A stretch of 64,000 bases of DNA from positions 2,170,001-2,234,000 of the forward strand of contig OZ287075.1 of NCBI GenBank assembly GCA_965645245.1, in the 5' to 3' direction. The DNA is from Massalongia carnosa. Taxonomy: Eukaryota. The translations under genes and the position numbers were made by a program. This document shows, piece by piece, positions 11,947 through 24,978 of this stretch (position 1 is its first letter; each line of letters starts with the position of its first letter). The notes beneath the pieces were generated by a model. It worked only from the letters and a program-made list of their open reading frames with translations. It ran no database searches and was not told the DNA's origin.

Positions 11947-12444
11947 GGTTCTATCTCATCTAATATTTACTGCATCCACTGTCAATGACTTATTCCGACG
12001 TGATCAAATACAAGCATTACTTAGTGCTTCTTTCTGAACTAGTCGGGAGTTCTCTAACACTCCGCCAGCTTGCTCGCTCAAGAATCACTCCTAGGAAGAC
12101 TACTATTAAGCTTGATTTATTGATCTAAGCTCTTGGTGATTGTCAGTAGCTTTGCCCTGATATTATTCAGTAGCTATGAACTAGAATTTAACCACAAGGA
12201 AGGAGAGAAAAGAATAATCATCGCTGAACTCCTAAACATAATCTACCGTGACGCGCTAGCCAGTCAAGCGACGCGCGCTACTGCTTAGGCGAGTTAAGCT
12301 CTTCATCCTATCATTTATTACATAACCATATAGCCATAGTCTTATCTATTTCAACAATTATCAAGCAGGAGAAAAAAACTCAAAAATTATCCGCACAAGC
12401 CGACGGCGAAGAGAATATTGCGTTTCTTCAATATTCCACAAATC

Positions 12445-14402
12445 TCAAAAGACTTCAACATCAGGTGTGGTTGGAACAAGTCTCCCATTACCATGCAACG
12501 GAATCGAAGCCCAATTCGAGAAATATCCATCCCTGCCTATACCTTCTGCAAGCACGGGCGTGCTTAACGGGGTACTTTTTGGCGTCGCATAACACACCTT
12601 CTGCAACAAGAAGAACCCTCCATGTCCATCGCCTTCGGTGGTCCAACACCCTTTGTATTTTTTGGATTCTAAAGCAATCTGAACTACGCTTGATTTCACA
12701 ATGTATAGCGTGTTGTCATTCCGAATCCGGCAAGCAGTATTGTGCCATGGGGTGGGTAGATGCAGGATGTCAGTCGTGTTTGGCGACCTGAATCCATCAA
12801 GCGACTCGACAGCTTTGCAATTATCCGACGACAGAAGGCGTATCCCAAATTTAGGTCCATCGTTCTTGTGTCTGGAATCGGAGTTAATATACTGATATAT
12901 CTGCCAGTCATCAGCCGATGACTTACGCGTGTATAGACAAGCGGATATGACATGGAAAGAGTAGTTCTATCATATTCGAGTACGCTTGATTTCTCTGTTG
13001 ATACGAGATTAGCTCTCAAATTCGCCATCTTCATGATCGCTGTTTGAGGCCAGTTCGTGTGGAAACTCACCGAAATCATCTCGAATGCCACTTCCGATGA
13101 AAGTTTCTTGCATTTATTCTTGGAGAGACCGATTGTCCGTTCATGCGCTGCCAAGTCCTCTAACATGAACCTCGAAAATCCCCGATACAAAGCAAGAATC
13201 GAGCTTTCCTGGCTGCTGATTCGAGATCTCAATGCATCGTTTTCAATATGGCAGCTAGCCATCAGGACCTTGCGATCTACTTCCGCTTCCTCAGCGACGG
13301 GCATCTGAAGAGGATGATTGATGGTCACGTCAGCCACAAGATCAGGATGAAATCTGCTCCTTGTCTCCTTGTCGGCGAAGAAGATGTCATGCAGAGAGTT
13401 AAACTCAACCCGCTGAACACTATTTTGCTGCTCAATGATGCCCTTGTTGATTTTGGTCAACGCTTCTCCATACTCGTTAACGACATGATCTTTCACGCCG
13501 ACTATTCACAACACCATAGAGTTAGTGCTGTATATTTGAATATCTGATTGTTTCGTATAGATTCGCTACTTACTGCAGTCGGAAAACACATGACCGTCTG
13601 ATACTATAAGAACCTTGGCTCCAGGTTTATACACTTGCTCTATCTCTTTGACAAAGTTGTTGAGACGCCACAAAGCCATCTCCTCACCTTTGTCGGGGCG
13701 TAAGCCGGCAACTTTTCGAGGATTGGACGATTTGCACGGAAAGGCTGGTAAACAGAATTCGATTTGCACATTATGGGCTACGAACCAATGAGCCTGCTGC
13801 TCAAACAGTTCTCGGCCGCCACCACTTCCCCATAAATCATCAGAAGCGATATTTCGGATCGTGTCTTCAAATATACGAGTGACAGCCCGAGAAATGCTCT
13901 TGCTGCAGTCCGTGATTTGCGGAACACCCGCAGACTCTAGCCTTGTTCCGTGTAACAAGAAATACGTGAACCATGCAAGAAACTCTTCGTTCGTTTCTGA
14001 TCCTATTGGATCTTCAAGTACAACGCCAACAACTTGCTGCTCCCCTGGCCGCTGGACCTCGGAAAAGCAAAGGTTCATGGGGTGTGATCCTAAGGTCGCA
14101 CCGTTGTTGCTGTTTTGAATATCGTTATGGCTGCATGGGGATTCTACCTTGTGATTGAAATGCCATATGAGTTTCCAGGTGCTGGCCACGAGGAAGATCG
14201 CTTTAGGTACGTCTTGTCTCGAACCTGGTTGGGCGTGGTTTCCCTTGAGACTAGATATGATATCCGGCCAAGCTTCTTTTACTTGCGTTGCATGTTGTCC
14301 GTTAATGTGCAGGAGTGTGCCATCAAAGCTGCGGGCATATACAGCATGGATTCGGTGATAAATAGAAGGACCTTGGTTTGTGGACTTTATTTGTGATCCC
14401 AT
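12445..14402 (-). CDS. DIT1: Isocyanide synthase, DIT1/PvcA family (spliced)
   Basis: Motifs FCLPAFPCKSSN, PDKGEEMAL, IVSDGHVFSDC, RNQAYSNM..IRLSIHAH..GPKFGI and LHLPTPWHN. Introns at ~13573-13502, 13070-12995 and 12926-12872 have GT-AG ends; a further in-frame intron is possible near 14150-14210. Confidence 0.85.
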
Positions 14403-15426
14403 GCTTATGTGTTATTGCTTGATTTGAAAGATAATGGGGGCAGCTGTATGTTATTGAGTTTGAGTTCTTGCAGAATCAGTGCATTGCTAGAAGGTGGATG
14501 CAGCTTCTCTTATACATCATTTCAAAGTCTCCCCGGCGAATTTGGAGCACAGTCAACCGTCATTAGGTCCCACAGGTTTCCATTTGCATCACCAGCAAAT
14601 ACTTTTCCTCGTTTGGGAAGTTGATCAGCTCCAGCAGATCCCTTACTAATGATATCGCATATCGTACCTCCATTGTCACAGCACTATCGACGATTACTAG
14701 CCGCACAATGTTCTCATGATATTATTGTTGGATCCTCGCTGGACGGCTAGTGTGAATTGTGCTAGATGATTAAGTGGGAGCAATACATTTTGCGCACATG
14801 AGGAAGTCGATCCCATTCTTACATCACCTTGCAATTGAGACAGCTCACTATGCTTGTGACCTTGTCCGTAAATCTGACCAACATGAATGCTACATTGCTA
14901 GGATTCTCGCTAGCTATGCAGATCGCCTTATAGCATCATCGGGGAAGCTGGTTCAACGAGTCTTTCAGTAGCATCATTTATCGGCTTGAACAAATCGATA
15001 CTCTTCGTGATAGCGGGCCGATCTCGGTGGTTTGATGGGCCCACAAAGTTCACATATACTTCAGCTCGAAAATCTTTGGTTCTTGCTTTGTAAAATGACA
15101 TGGCCGATCAAATATTTGATGGAGAGCTCGCATCAATAGTAAGCCGCTCTCTACACACGCGCACGCGCAGGTTTTTGGGCATTGGGGGCTCATTTTCGTG
15201 GATTCGTCACAAATATCTCAAACTCGCGCATGTGGCACAAGTGGCGTTCTACCAGATCAACATGGGACGATGAGTCTTCATTGCGAGTCTTTATTGTAAG
15301 CCTGGGTCTGAGAAGATCCATCCTAGAGACGTAGAGATCAGGCCGTGGACGATAATCTGCTCTCTTTCAATCGTGTCTTTTCAATTCTATCAAACGTCAT
15401 TGTTGCAAACAGAACACTTGGCGATC
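14403..15426. promoter_or_regulatory. Divergent intergenic region shared by the DIT1-like and DIT2-like genes
   Basis: Head-to-head starts at 14402 (-) and 15427 (+), as for yeast DIT1/DIT2. No specific sites assigned. Confidence 0.55.
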
Positions 15427-17109
15427 ATGATGCTTTTACTGGGATCTGTGTGGGCTGCGGCAATGGTGGTCTATTTCTGTCTTCTTCCACCAAGTCGGTT
15501 TCCCAAGATCATACCGGCCATACCTTTTTTCGTCTCCCTCCTACCTTTTTTCAAAAACGTGGATCAGGCAGAGATTTATCGCACGTATCTGGAAAAGCCA
15601 TTGGCACATCATGGCGCGGTGAAGGTCTTCTTTGGCGCAAGATGGAACATTCTAATCACACGTCCCGAATACGTAGCCGAGATGTTTGGAGACGAAGAAA
15701 CATTCGCAAAGAGCGGCAATCAAAAGAAGATTCCGCACAGTGTTCTCGCCGAGTATACTGGAGACAATATTATCAGTTCTCATGGAGCAAATTGGCGGTT
15801 GTATCAGGGTGTCTTGAAGCCTGGCTTGTTAGCAACCTTTGACGTCGAGCCTATACATAGCAATGCAATCGCATTGTTGCACTTGTTGCGGATTGAGCGA
15901 GGACTCGAGGAAACGCATGGCGTGGTTGTGCCAGAGCTTTTTCAGCGATATACCTTGGCGAATCTTGCCCAAGCCCTTTTATCCACCGACTTTCAAGTGA
16001 GGTGTCACGGACACAACATCATTTGAGATTGTGCGTTCGTGCTCTGACCAACTTACAGACGCTTGAACGGCCAGATGCCCCGCTGCATACCCTTCAACTT
16101 GCTGTCAAACGAGAGATCTTCAAGCCTATCTTCCTCAACTTTCCATTCCTCGATCGTCTCCCCGTCCCCAGCAGAAAACGGGCTAGAAAGCTTGTGCAGT
16201 CATTTACTGACGAATTGTGCCGAAATATCTGCGATGGTCAAAGGCAAAGGCACCCTAGTCTCAACGGGTCCACTGAAACGCTGGCAACCCGAATGATCAT
16301 GGCACGAGACGGCGGGATATGGTCCGAACAGCAGTTCCGACACAACATGATCAGCGTATTTCTTGCAGGGCACGAGAACCCACAGCTTCATCTTACGTCC
16401 ACGATGTACCTACTCGGAAAGCATGAAGTGCGGATTCAATAAGCGCGGTTATGCCTTATTCGACGCTAACTCGCGGGTATGCACAGGATTCGCAGCAGCG
16501 GTTGCGTCGGGAGGTGCAATCCCTGAGCGACATCAGTTCCGCGATCGCCGACGCCCCCAATCTCCCGTACTTGACATCGGTACTCTACGAAAGCCTGCGG
16601 CTCTTCCCACCCATCTCGCAGCTCCTGAACCGCCGAACCTCCCGGGACGTCTACCTAGGTGGACATATCCTGATTCCTAAGGGCACGTACGTCGGCTACA
16701 ACGCGTATGCTACAGGCCGGGACAAGCAGGCCTGGGGCGCCGATGCCGATGAATTCCGGCCCGAACGGTGGGGCACCACCGTGGCGGAAATCCAAGGCCG
16801 CTACCGCCAGGCCAACCGCCGTGGCGAGTTCATTGCGTTTCACGGCGGTCGCCGGGCGTGCTTGGGACAACGTTTCGCGCTCTTTCAGATTCGCATCACC
16901 TTGATCGTGCTGCTTTGCGCGTTAAAATGGTCTATCGATCCCGCGTGGAAGGAAGCAATGACTCCGGTACGTGAGGCTCCGTCGCCGAACCTAGGAACAT
17001 CTGTTATTTGTGTCATGAGAATTGATCTTTGCAGTCGCTGACTAGTCACTGCGATTAGGCTGGTCCTCTTTATCCTCGTCAACTGCGTTTGATTTTAAAA
17101 GATCTGTAA
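15427..17109 (+). CDS. DIT2: Cytochrome P450, CYP56/DIT2-like (3 introns)
   Basis: N-terminal membrane anchor, FAKSGNQKKIP, I-helix FLAGHENPQL, ESLRLFPP (ExxR), FRPERW, heme motif FHGGRRACLG. Introns at ~15997-16058, 16428-16486 and 16967-17078. Confidence 0.85.
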
Positions 17110-17260
17110 TTACGACAGGTTAGATTGATTTCCATTTGGTTATTACATAAGATAAGCAATAACGTTGTAGAGTGGAGCGTGATGCAAATTAGCTATTCGG
17201 AAGTTGGTTTGTCCGACGGAGGCTTGGTAGTTTACAGAGTACGAAGTAGTCCTTTTCCTT

Positions 17261-17492
17261 TAATCGTCGGCCTCGCTTAGCTGCCTCCCTACGAGGTGTA
17301 CCACCTCTAGTCGGGGAAGCAATCTGCGTAGTTTCAATTTCAGGATTTGTCCCAAATTCACCAATTTTATCACCTATTTTGAAGCTTTTTGCGACACTTC
17401 TCGATCGGAACCTACGACCGTTAGCTGTTTTTATTCATATCATAGATAAATATCAACTGCACATCCTAACTACTCATTGATTAATCGGGATA
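17261..17492 (+). repeat. Left arm of a diverged ~230-250 bp inverted repeat (partner ~23669-23919)
   Basis: TAATCGTCGGCCTCGCTTAGCTGCCTCC..ACGAGGTGTAC...TTTGCGACACTTCTCGA aligns with the reverse complement of 23669-23919. Confidence 0.75.
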
Positions 17493-17762
17493 TTCATTTT
17501 TATTCAATCGCGACCGATCAGTTGCATGCCTCCTATTTCGTCAATCATTCTCTCCCTATTTCATCAACCGCTCCCCACCTCAATCATGAATAGCAGCAGC
17601 GTCATGAATAAGAATCTTATTTGTTGGAACTGTGACTGCAACAGGCGGAATGGTAGCACTGGGCAATTGATATGACTAGTTCGACAAACGAGTTCTTGCA
17701 CATGCAAAACAAACTGGGAGAAACGATTGACTTTCTACCACTACGTAGGGTAAAACTGCTCC

Positions 17763-17933
17763 TGTAACGGTTCGACCATGCGTGGTGCGGACGGCAGGAC
17801 CTACAGCGAACATAGCAGGAGTCCCAGTTATAGTAGAATAGAGCTTGGTCTGCGGACTAAGTATTGTGCCTTTTGGTCGGGAAGGACAGATGGCGCAATG
17901 GTAGAAATCTATTCACTATCTCGCTTCGTCACA
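17763..17933 (-). mobile_element. Solo LTR family 1, TSD GCTCC
   Basis: Reverse complement of 3394-3562, with GCTCC on both sides. Confidence 0.9.
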
Positions 17934-18487
17934 GCTCCTATTTCTGCCTGTCCACCAGTGATTCCAGAAGCTTACATTTCCATCTCATCGGTTCCCTCTT
18001 CCGATGCGAGTTCTGACTTCATACAGATTTGTCACCGCCATAAGCCTTTCCGTGCCGAGGTAGATGCAAATTGCTTTGTCAGCTGGTTTCGGTACTTGGC
18101 ATCGGTTGCCGTTTTAACATTTTTAAATCAATGATTCTATTGCAACGCGCGTATAAAATGCTAAGTAGTTTTTAATAAAAACTTCCAAGAAAAGTATCGT
18201 TTGCGCTGCTCGAATCTTCAATCTCGTCGACATCACTATATACAATTCAATTGAACGTGAAAAGACGCTGCCGAAGAAAATTGAAGAATAGAACAATACT
18301 AAAGAAGCATCAGGTCAAAGTCATTCACGAATTTATTCGGTCTCTGATTGCGTATGACATTCAATCTACTCATAAAGTGATATTTGTGACGAAGCGAGAT
18401 AGTGAATAGATTTCTACCATTGCGCCACCTGTCCTTCCCGACCAAAAGGCACAATACTTAGTCCGCAGACCAAGCTCTATTCTACTA

Positions 18488-21400
18488 TGTTGAGGATAGC
18501 CGAGATGTCTGCTTATAGAAAATGGCACTAACCCCAATGCGCACTAGCTATTGGAAGTATTTGGATTGGCCACCTTGGGATTTATCATCAACATCCCGCG
18601 TCTGATATTCTAGGAGACATTCGAATATTCTACAGTGGATTGATAATGAGGCAAATATGTCAGCTTTGGAACTCCGACAAAGACGAGCTTACATATCAGC
18701 ATTTGACTGACCGATCACATAGAAAGTGGGAGAATCGTGCTCAAGGCAGGCAGCGGTATATAATGGGCTATATGCCCCCATAGATAGCCTCAGTCATTTT
18801 CAATCAATCATTAGTAGCCTGCCATTGGATCAGCTTGATCATCGCACGTACTTTTTGCTGTTGTTTCCTACTTCCACCCCTATAATCCGTAGCCTCCGCA
18901 ACAGGTTATGAGCCCGGTCAGCCAATAGGAAAAACAGTCTGAAAATCGACTCGAAATGTCTTCATCCACCCCTCAACAAACGCCCGGCCCCGAAATCGTG
19001 GTCAAGGATAGATCAGATGGGGCCGACGGTCGGATCACGTCCGGAGCAGGGGTAAGGGATGTTAAAGTTCCCAAACTAACCGAGGAAAATTATCGTACAT
19101 GGAGTAAGATAATGAAGAATAACCTGATAGGTAAAAAGCTCTGGAGCATCGTCATTGGACGAATAGTATGCCCGGACGAGACTCGGCCCAGTGATCTGGA
19201 AGCATGGGAATTTAACAATGCTACGGCCATGACATACATCATGACGGCCGTAGATGATAGACAGCTTCAACACATCATCCGATTGGACACAGCCAACGAT
19301 CAGTGGGAGACACTAAATCGTATTCATAGGGATATCGGACTGACACGCCTTATACCTCTTTCTAGACGGCTTTGTGGTTACAAAGCCGGCCCATCAGACT
19401 CCGTTGAGCAAATAGCTTCGGAGCTACGAACCATTGCTGCTGTAATGGCCGAAATTCGACCCGGGGAGGAACCGTCGGAGTTTCTTCTAGCTCGAATATT
19501 GATGGATTCAATTGACGGGACCCCGTACGCCATGGCTAGGGCCCTGTTGGAAGACAAAGGAGAAATAACCATGACCATGGTTATAGAAAAGTATAAGGAG
19601 GTGGAATCAAGAAATAAAGATGAGATAAGCACCCCGGAAATTGCTAATAAGGCCTCATCTAGCCGAAAATTCACTGGAAAATGTTTCTATTGTGATAAGG
19701 CTGGCCACATAAAAACAGACTGTTTTCAATGGTTGAAAACGGATGAGGGCCGAGAGCACAAGCGGAAAAATGAAAATGCTTATCAAACCAATGATAGTAA
19801 GAGGCGGGGGAAATCATCAGGGAGTCGGGGCCGAAAAACGAAGAAATCGGACGAAGCACGACTGACCCAGGAGAATGATGCCCGATCTGAAGAAAGCGAC
19901 TCGGAATACGCCCGTGCGGCTACCGAAGTCGAAGATTTTGGCCTGATGGCTCAAAATAAGGACGCGGTCCCTGCTCAGGAAGAATTTGCCATGGTGACTC
20001 GAAACGATGACGCGGTCCCACTCGAAAAACTCAAGGAATGGGTTATTGACTCCGGAGCGAGTCGACATATGACCCCTGATAGGGGAATATTCGTCAACAT
20101 GATGTTGATTAGAACGACAGTGCGTGTGGCCGACGGAACGGTCATCTCGTCAATTGGTCGAGGAGATATTCTCATTCGGATGAGAAACGGGGAGAAAATA
20201 CGATTAACCGAGGTGTTATACGTCCCCGAGCTCGACACCAATCTTCTGTCCATACGAGCTCTTCAGACAAAGGGAATTTCTGTCCGCTTTGGTCTGAATG
20301 GAGTCGAAATAACCCGAGGGGATGCCTTACTGGCCACGGGAGTCCTGATTGGATCGTCGTACTTATTGAGGCCTGCCAGAGAAGATGTGGCCCTAGTCAC
20401 CGACATGATAACGACGAAGAAAAAGCATATTCCGAATCCGAATCGGGACGGATATCTTTTGTGGCATGCCCGAATGGGTCATGTCGGACCAGGGAGGCTT
20501 GAAAAGCTCCCATTTCTGACCACCGGAGTCGGAAATTCAATAAAGCATCAGCATGATGGCGAAAAATGCGTCACCTGCAAATACACCAAAATGACGAAAA
20601 TAATCAGTCGAATGCCCCCATTAAAAGCCACACGCCGGGGGGAACGTACATACTCGGACTATTGGGGCCCGTACAAAGTAATGAATTTACAGGGGTCCCA
20701 GTATTTTTTATCATTCATTGACGACTACACGCGTCGGTCAGAGGTGTATTTCGGGCCCAGATCAAGCCTGAGGGAGAATTTCTATCGATACAAAGCGAAA
20801 TTCGAAGCCGAGACAGGGGAAAAACTGGCCCTGATTAGGAGCGACAATGCCAAGGAATATCATGCTCTGAAAAAAGACCTTTTGAATGAAGGCATTCTGA
20901 TGGAATTTACTGATCCGTACACTCCCGAGCAAAACGGGGTCGCTGAGCGGATGAATCGGACACTAATGCAAATGGTTAGGGCCATGCAATTATGGGCCGG
21001 ATTACCCAGAGAATTTTGGGGGGAGGCCCTGATGGTAGCCAATTATTTAAGAAATCGGCTACCAACGAATACTCACGGGGGAAAAATGACCCCGTATGAG
21101 GCCTGGTATGGCCGAAAACCGGACCTGAATCACATACGAACCTACGGATGCTTTGTGCATGCCCGTATCCCCAGTGAAAAAAGGGATAAAATGGATGTCG
21201 TGTCATTTCAGGGAATTTTTGTTGGTTATCATTCGTCGAAACAGTATCGAGTCTATAACCCCGTTACGAAGAAAATCGGCTGGCATGCGGCCCCCGAATT
21301 CTTCGAGGACTGGCCCGGAGGGCCGTTATTGAATGCTCCGAGCCGGGCTGGGACTAGAGATTATTGGTTAGAAATGAGGGGGGAACATACATCGGTCATT

Positions 21401-21910
21401 TGGCCCATGGTCCTGGGGACGGGCCCCGGAGACGACACGGATAGTCGAGGATATGCGAGGGCATGAAGTTATTCAGACATTCTCGGAGTGGGAGTGTTGA
21501 GGATAGCCGAGATGTCTGCTTATAGAAAATGGCACTAACCCCAATGCGCACTAGCTATTGGAAGTATTTGGATTGGCCACCTTGGGATTTATCATCAACA
21601 TCCCGCGTCTGATATTCTAGGAGACATTCGAACATTCTACAGTGGATTGATAATGAGGCAAATATGTCAGCTTTGGAACTCCGACAAAGACGAGCTTACA
21701 TATCAGCATTTGACTGACCGATCACATAGAAAGTGGGAGAATCGTGCTCAAGGCAGGCAGCGGTATATAATGGGCTATATGCCCCCATAGATAGCCTCAG
21801 TCATTTTCAATCAATCATTAGTAGCCTGCCATTGGATCAGCTTGATCATCGCACGTACTTTTTGCTGTTGTTTCCTACTTCCACCCCTATAATCCGTAGC
21901 CTCCGCAACA
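18488..21910 (+). mobile_element. Copia-type LTR element lacking RT/RNase H; 416-bp LTRs (18488-18903, 21495-21910), TSD TACTA
   Basis: TG...CA LTRs with only one difference noticed, PBS GGTTATGAGCCC at 18904, purine tract before the 3' LTR, TACTA on both sides. Confidence 0.95.
18956..21466 (+). CDS. Gag-protease-integrase polyprotein (836 aa), no RT
   Basis: CFYCDKAGHIKTDC knuckle, WVIDSGASRHM protease, LWHARMGH, integrase D-D-E (SDYWGP, RSDNAKEY, QNGVAERMNRTL). No YxDD motif. Confidence 0.9.
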   Translation: MSSSTPQQTPGPEIVVKDRSDGADGRITSGAGVRDVKVPKLTEENYRTWSKIMKNNLIGKKLWSIVIGRIVCPDETRPSDLEAWEFNNATAMTYIMTAVDDRQLQHIIRLDTANDQWETLNRIHRDIGLTRLIPLSRRLCGYKAGPSDSVEQIASELRTIAAVMAEIRPGEEPSEFLLARILMDSIDGTPYAMARALLEDKGEITMTMVIEKYKEVESRNKDEISTPEIANKASSSRKFTGKCFYCDKAGHIKTDCFQWLKTDEGREHKRKNENAYQTNDSKRRGKSSGSRGRKTKKSDEARLTQENDARSEESDSEYARAATEVEDFGLMAQNKDAVPAQEEFAMVTRNDDAVPLEKLKEWVIDSGASRHMTPDRGIFVNMMLIRTTVRVADGTVISSIGRGDILIRMRNGEKIRLTEVLYVPELDTNLLSIRALQTKGISVRFGLNGVEITRGDALLATGVLIGSSYLLRPAREDVALVTDMITTKKKHIPNPNRDGYLLWHARMGHVGPGRLEKLPFLTTGVGNSIKHQHDGEKCVTCKYTKMTKIISRMPPLKATRRGERTYSDYWGPYKVMNLQGSQYFLSFIDDYTRRSEVYFGPRSSLRENFYRYKAKFEAETGEKLALIRSDNAKEYHALKKDLLNEGILMEFTDPYTPEQNGVAERMNRTLMQMVRAMQLWAGLPREFWGEALMVANYLRNRLPTNTHGGKMTPYEAWYGRKPDLNHIRTYGCFVHARIPSEKRDKMDVVSFQGIFVGYHSSKQYRVYNPVTKKIGWHAAPEFFEDWPGGPLLNAPSRAGTRDYWLEMRGEHTSVIWPMVLGTGPGDDTDSRGYARA

Positions 21911-22147
21911 TACTATAACTGGGACTCCTGCTATGTTCGCTGTAGATCCTGCCGTCCATACCACGCTTGGTCGAACCGTTACAATATTTGCTGTCATTTA
22001 GACCCTGAAACATGCTCAAGATGCAGAATTCAATGACTCATATCCGCGGTGATTTAGGCAATAATAAAACGACATTGACCTACACAAGATAAAGACCAAG
22101 CCGTTAATAGTTGTTCGATATACTCCGGTTCAGGAGTCAGATATGAG

Positions 22148-22299
22148 TACGCCGCGCAACGGGTCGGGTTTCTCTACTAAAATCCCAACCCGTTTATGGC
22201 TAACCTCATAATTTTTGGTTTCCGGGTTGAGTTTGAAAAGAGATACCCTGTAGCGAAAAAGCAATTTTATGGCGAAATCCCAACCCGTTGCGCGGCGAA
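22148..22299. mobile_element. MITE with hAT-like TIRs, 8-bp TSD GAT(A/G)TGAG
   Basis: TACGCCGCGCAACGGG...CCCGTTGCGCGGCGAA. The TIR shares TACGCCGCG with the hAT at 27472. Confidence 0.75.
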
Positions 22300-22423
22300 G
22301 ATGTGAGATAATGATAATCTACGAGTAATAAAAGATGATTCTATTCGCGAGCAGACGATCTTCATAACTTTTGATAAGAATATTAAAAATAATTAAAATG
22401 AGCAGTTTAAATTTTTTCAAGAA

Positions 22424-22657
22424 TGTTATGATCTACCTAGAGACAAGTCATTGGGACGAATACAGTAAGGATGAAGAGGGAAAAGACAATCGACAACCAG
22501 AACCTGCCCCTATATATCCTCTACTACGCTAGTACCCATGTGGTATAGTCGTCATAGAACCTTCTAGTAGCTGCGGGAACAAAATCAAAAGTGCCTGCGT
22601 GTTCCATCTACAATTGCCCTTGGCGGTGTCGAAGTCGTGCCGTATAGAATCGTGAAG
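22424..22657 (-). mobile_element. Solo LTR family 2 (diverged), probable TSD AAGAA
   Basis: Reverse complement aligns with 26638-26861 plus 27299-27318. Confidence 0.7.
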
Positions 22658-23668
22658 AAGAAAACTATTGTCAGACTAAGTGTAATAGGGTAGGCCAAGT
22701 ATGCGTTCGTTGAACGTAAGACTGGCCTATGTTGCTATATGGGATACGAACAGCCAAAACAACCACTGTGGTAGGGCGACATATGTCATCTATGGTCAGG
22801 TGCCATGGCAGGCCTGTATAGGGATAAAACGGGTTTTTTGCTGGCGTTTTCTTCATCATCTCCGGACATCATCTTCTATCACCTACGCTGTCATTATCAT
22901 CGTCGTGTCACGTAGTCATCGACACACGTTTATTTCGTGCATCAACTAGTCGTTTAGTCGTTCAGTCGTCGAGTTCTTTTCATGCCTATGCAGTCGTAGG
23001 TCTATTCAGACATTTGTGTGTGTATGTGTTCACTGCTCAGTTCGCCATCTATCATCACGTACCACCACCTTCCATTAGTACGCACGACTACCCTTCTTCA
23101 CCACCAAGACAATAAGGTCCCGCCTAACCCAGTAAGGCATAGTGTGGGGACTTAACTTATTATAGGGGTGATTTCGTAGTACACGAAGTATCCCCTCGCC
23201 TCGCCTCACCTCCCCTAGCTCGCCTGCCTAGTCTTATCTACCCGTGTCTTTCGGTGACCGAAGTATTTCGGAGACCGAAAATACCAGGTAGTATAGGCAA
23301 GGTACGGAAGAAGAGCTTAGGTTGTGGATTGTCCTATTCTATATAGATCAATGATCAAGGACTTTAAAAGGGTAACATTTAGTCTACCCTTTGACCCGAC
23401 TATACCTATTTGTACCTCTATTGTGACCATCAAGTTGTGTAGCCCCTGTGGATCCCGTCTTCCAGTAGTGATTGCCTGCTGGGAGAAGGTCTCCCCGTTT
23501 CACTAAGAATTACTATTAAACCGCGCAAATACTATTTATCTACTTATTAATAATATTTGCAAAAGAGATTGAAAATAAAGCAAATAAATACCGCAAATCA
23601 TGAGGAGACGGCGCCGCAAATGAGTTTTAAATAGGTAATAAAACTGATAATATTCGAAAAATTTGAGG

Positions 23669-23919
23669 TATTCCCGATTAATAAATCAGCAGTTAGAATA
23701 TGCAGATAATATCTATTTATGAAATAAATAATAACAGTTAACGATCGTAGGTTGCGGTCGAGAAGTGTCGCAAAAACCTGCAAAATAAATGATGAAATGG
23801 GTGAATTTGAAACAAATCCAGAAATTAAAACTACGCAGATCGCTTGTCTACGCAGACCGCCTTCTACGACTAGAAGTAGTACACCTCGTATGGAGGCAGC
23901 TTAGCGAAGCCGACAATTA
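23669..23919 (-). repeat. Right arm of the long inverted repeat
   Basis: Reverse complement is similar to 17261-17492. Confidence 0.75.
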
Positions 23920-24655
23920 GAAATGAAGCAAGCATGCTTATAGCAATAACTACGTATCATATAGCATTAATACATACAGTAGACACGAGACACGAGGTAT
24001 TAGTGACCAGTCTAGCAATTAGTCTTATTCTATTGTTGTGTTCTTTACTTGTTTATTTGTTCTCTTGCACTTCCAGCAGTAGTGGATTATGCATATAACT
24101 CAATTTATCCTTCTACAACTTATTATTTTATTACATAAATAGAATCAGAGTCTCCATTATTATATCACGTTGAAATAACGTCAATTTAGTTTTACGAGAT
24201 CGATTATCATTTATAGGGATCAAAGAAGCACTAAGTATGATGAAATGATAAAATGAAAGATAAAGAATTTATAAATTAAAAACTGTTAAATTATCCTCCA
24301 ACCCCTTTGCGGGTTTAGCGTAGCCCTGCGAGCCTTGGCACGCTAGGTAGTATATAATAGCCATGTAGACAGATCTCAATAGAACATACCTTTATGCAGT
24401 CTTCTCTCCTCCCTACTTGATATACTATTTAACTAAAACACAAAATCACAAAAATCACGGGCTAAGTCGCAGACATTTGACACAGGATTGTATCCGTGCT
24501 ACCCATATCGCTCGGTTCGCCTCGTTTAGTGCTAGCCAGCTATACAACCCAAATTGCTACTCCTCTATACATCGGGGATTTTTTCAACAATTCCTTCAGT
24601 ACTACCTCCTCTCTTTTGATGCTACTCAAACTTTTGGTTATCTTCAACTTTCTAT

Positions 24656-24806
24656 TACTCCGCACTACGGGTCGGATTTCTCTACTGAAAACCTAACCGG
24701 TTTGTGGCGAAGCCTATGATTTTTGGTATCCGGGTTGAGTTTTAGAAAAAACCCCAGTGGCGGAAAAGCAATTTTATAGTGAAATTCTAACCCGTTGCGC
24801 GTCATA
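24656..24806. mobile_element. Second, more decayed copy of the hAT-like MITE, TSD CTTTC(T/G)AT
   Basis: Internal sequence aligns with 22148-22299; TSD matches at 7 of 8 bases. Confidence 0.7.
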
Positions 24807-24978
24807 CTTTCGATAAGCTTTGGTTTATTTAGCTACCTTGCCGAATGCAAAAGAATATCGCTTTTCCCATGTGATCATTCGATCCTTCTCCCTCTGAGCA
24901 TCCAGATTCTGTCTATCACGAATCATCAATCGAGCCGTTCGTACAATAAGTATGCACCCAATCTGAAATATCTTATTG

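Larger units (their letters stand above)
18385..21983 (+). mobile_element. Solo LTR family 1 (TSD ATATT) interrupted by Copia 18488-21910
   Basis: First 103 bp at 18385-18487, remainder resumes after 21910. ATATT at 18380 and 21984. Confidence 0.9.

Noticed and set aside
18726..18911. Duplicated 61-aa ORF (also 21733-21918)
   Set aside because: Incidental ORF inside the two LTRs.
22669..23505. Possible decayed LTR-element remnant
   Set aside because: Could not define ends, TSD or protein motifs.
24300..24355. Helitron-like 3' hairpin
   Set aside because: A hairpin is present but the terminal motif is imperfect and no associated element body is recognisable.
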